Assembly: GCF_963506605.1 (NCBI RefSeq) | Contig: NC_083290.1 | Coordinates: 30,008,001-30,072,000 of the forward strand | Source: Zootoca vivipara | Taxonomy: Eukaryota | Length of the DNA stretch: 64,000 nucleotides | Direction of reading: 5' to 3' | Part shown: one piece after another, positions 63,966-64,000 of the stretch | How positions within the stretch are numbered: position 1 is the stretch's first letter | Layout: every line of letters starts with the position of its first letter | The notes under the pieces: generated by a model | Database searches by the model: none | What the model was told of the DNA's origin: nothing | Seen by the model: the letters and a program-made list of their open reading frames with translations, nothing else | Made by a program: the position numbers and the translations under genes

Positions 63966-64000
63966 TGGGAGTTTTGGGGACAAGCTGGACCAATGCAAAA

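Overview
This is vertebrate genomic DNA, most likely from a squamate and probably a lacertid lizard, judging by the Sauria SINEs and CR1/L2/hAT content. It carries the conserved block syntenic to human 11q23.3. PHLDB1 (- strand) has its 5' and middle exons at ~213-36850, and its PH-domain end lies left of the window. ARCN1/delta-COP (- strand) is complete, with 10 exons and 510 aa. IFT46 (+ strand) is complete, with 12 coding exons and 362 aa, and lies head-to-head with ARCN1. TMEM25 (- strand) has 8 coding exons and 366 aa and lies tail-to-tail with IFT46. TTC36 (- strand) has 3 exons and 198 aa. Exons were placed by reading GT-AG junctions and phases by eye and comparing with remembered mammalian protein sequences; no database search was run. 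Most ORFs in the supplied six-frame track are spurious GC-rich frames. I see no evidence of a wholly new multi-gene system. The best leads are: (1) candidate PHLDB1 isoform architecture, with two internal promoters/first exons, a cluster of in-frame cassette exons, and a QKI/RBFOX-marked candidate exon behind a 103-nt AG-exclusion zone; (2) an IFT46 N-terminal extension in which the mammalian start Met is a CUG; (3) a Penelope-type hammerhead ribozyme remnant nested with a TSD inside an LTR; (4) young hAT MITEs, one forming a long hairpin in the TTC36 3'UTR.
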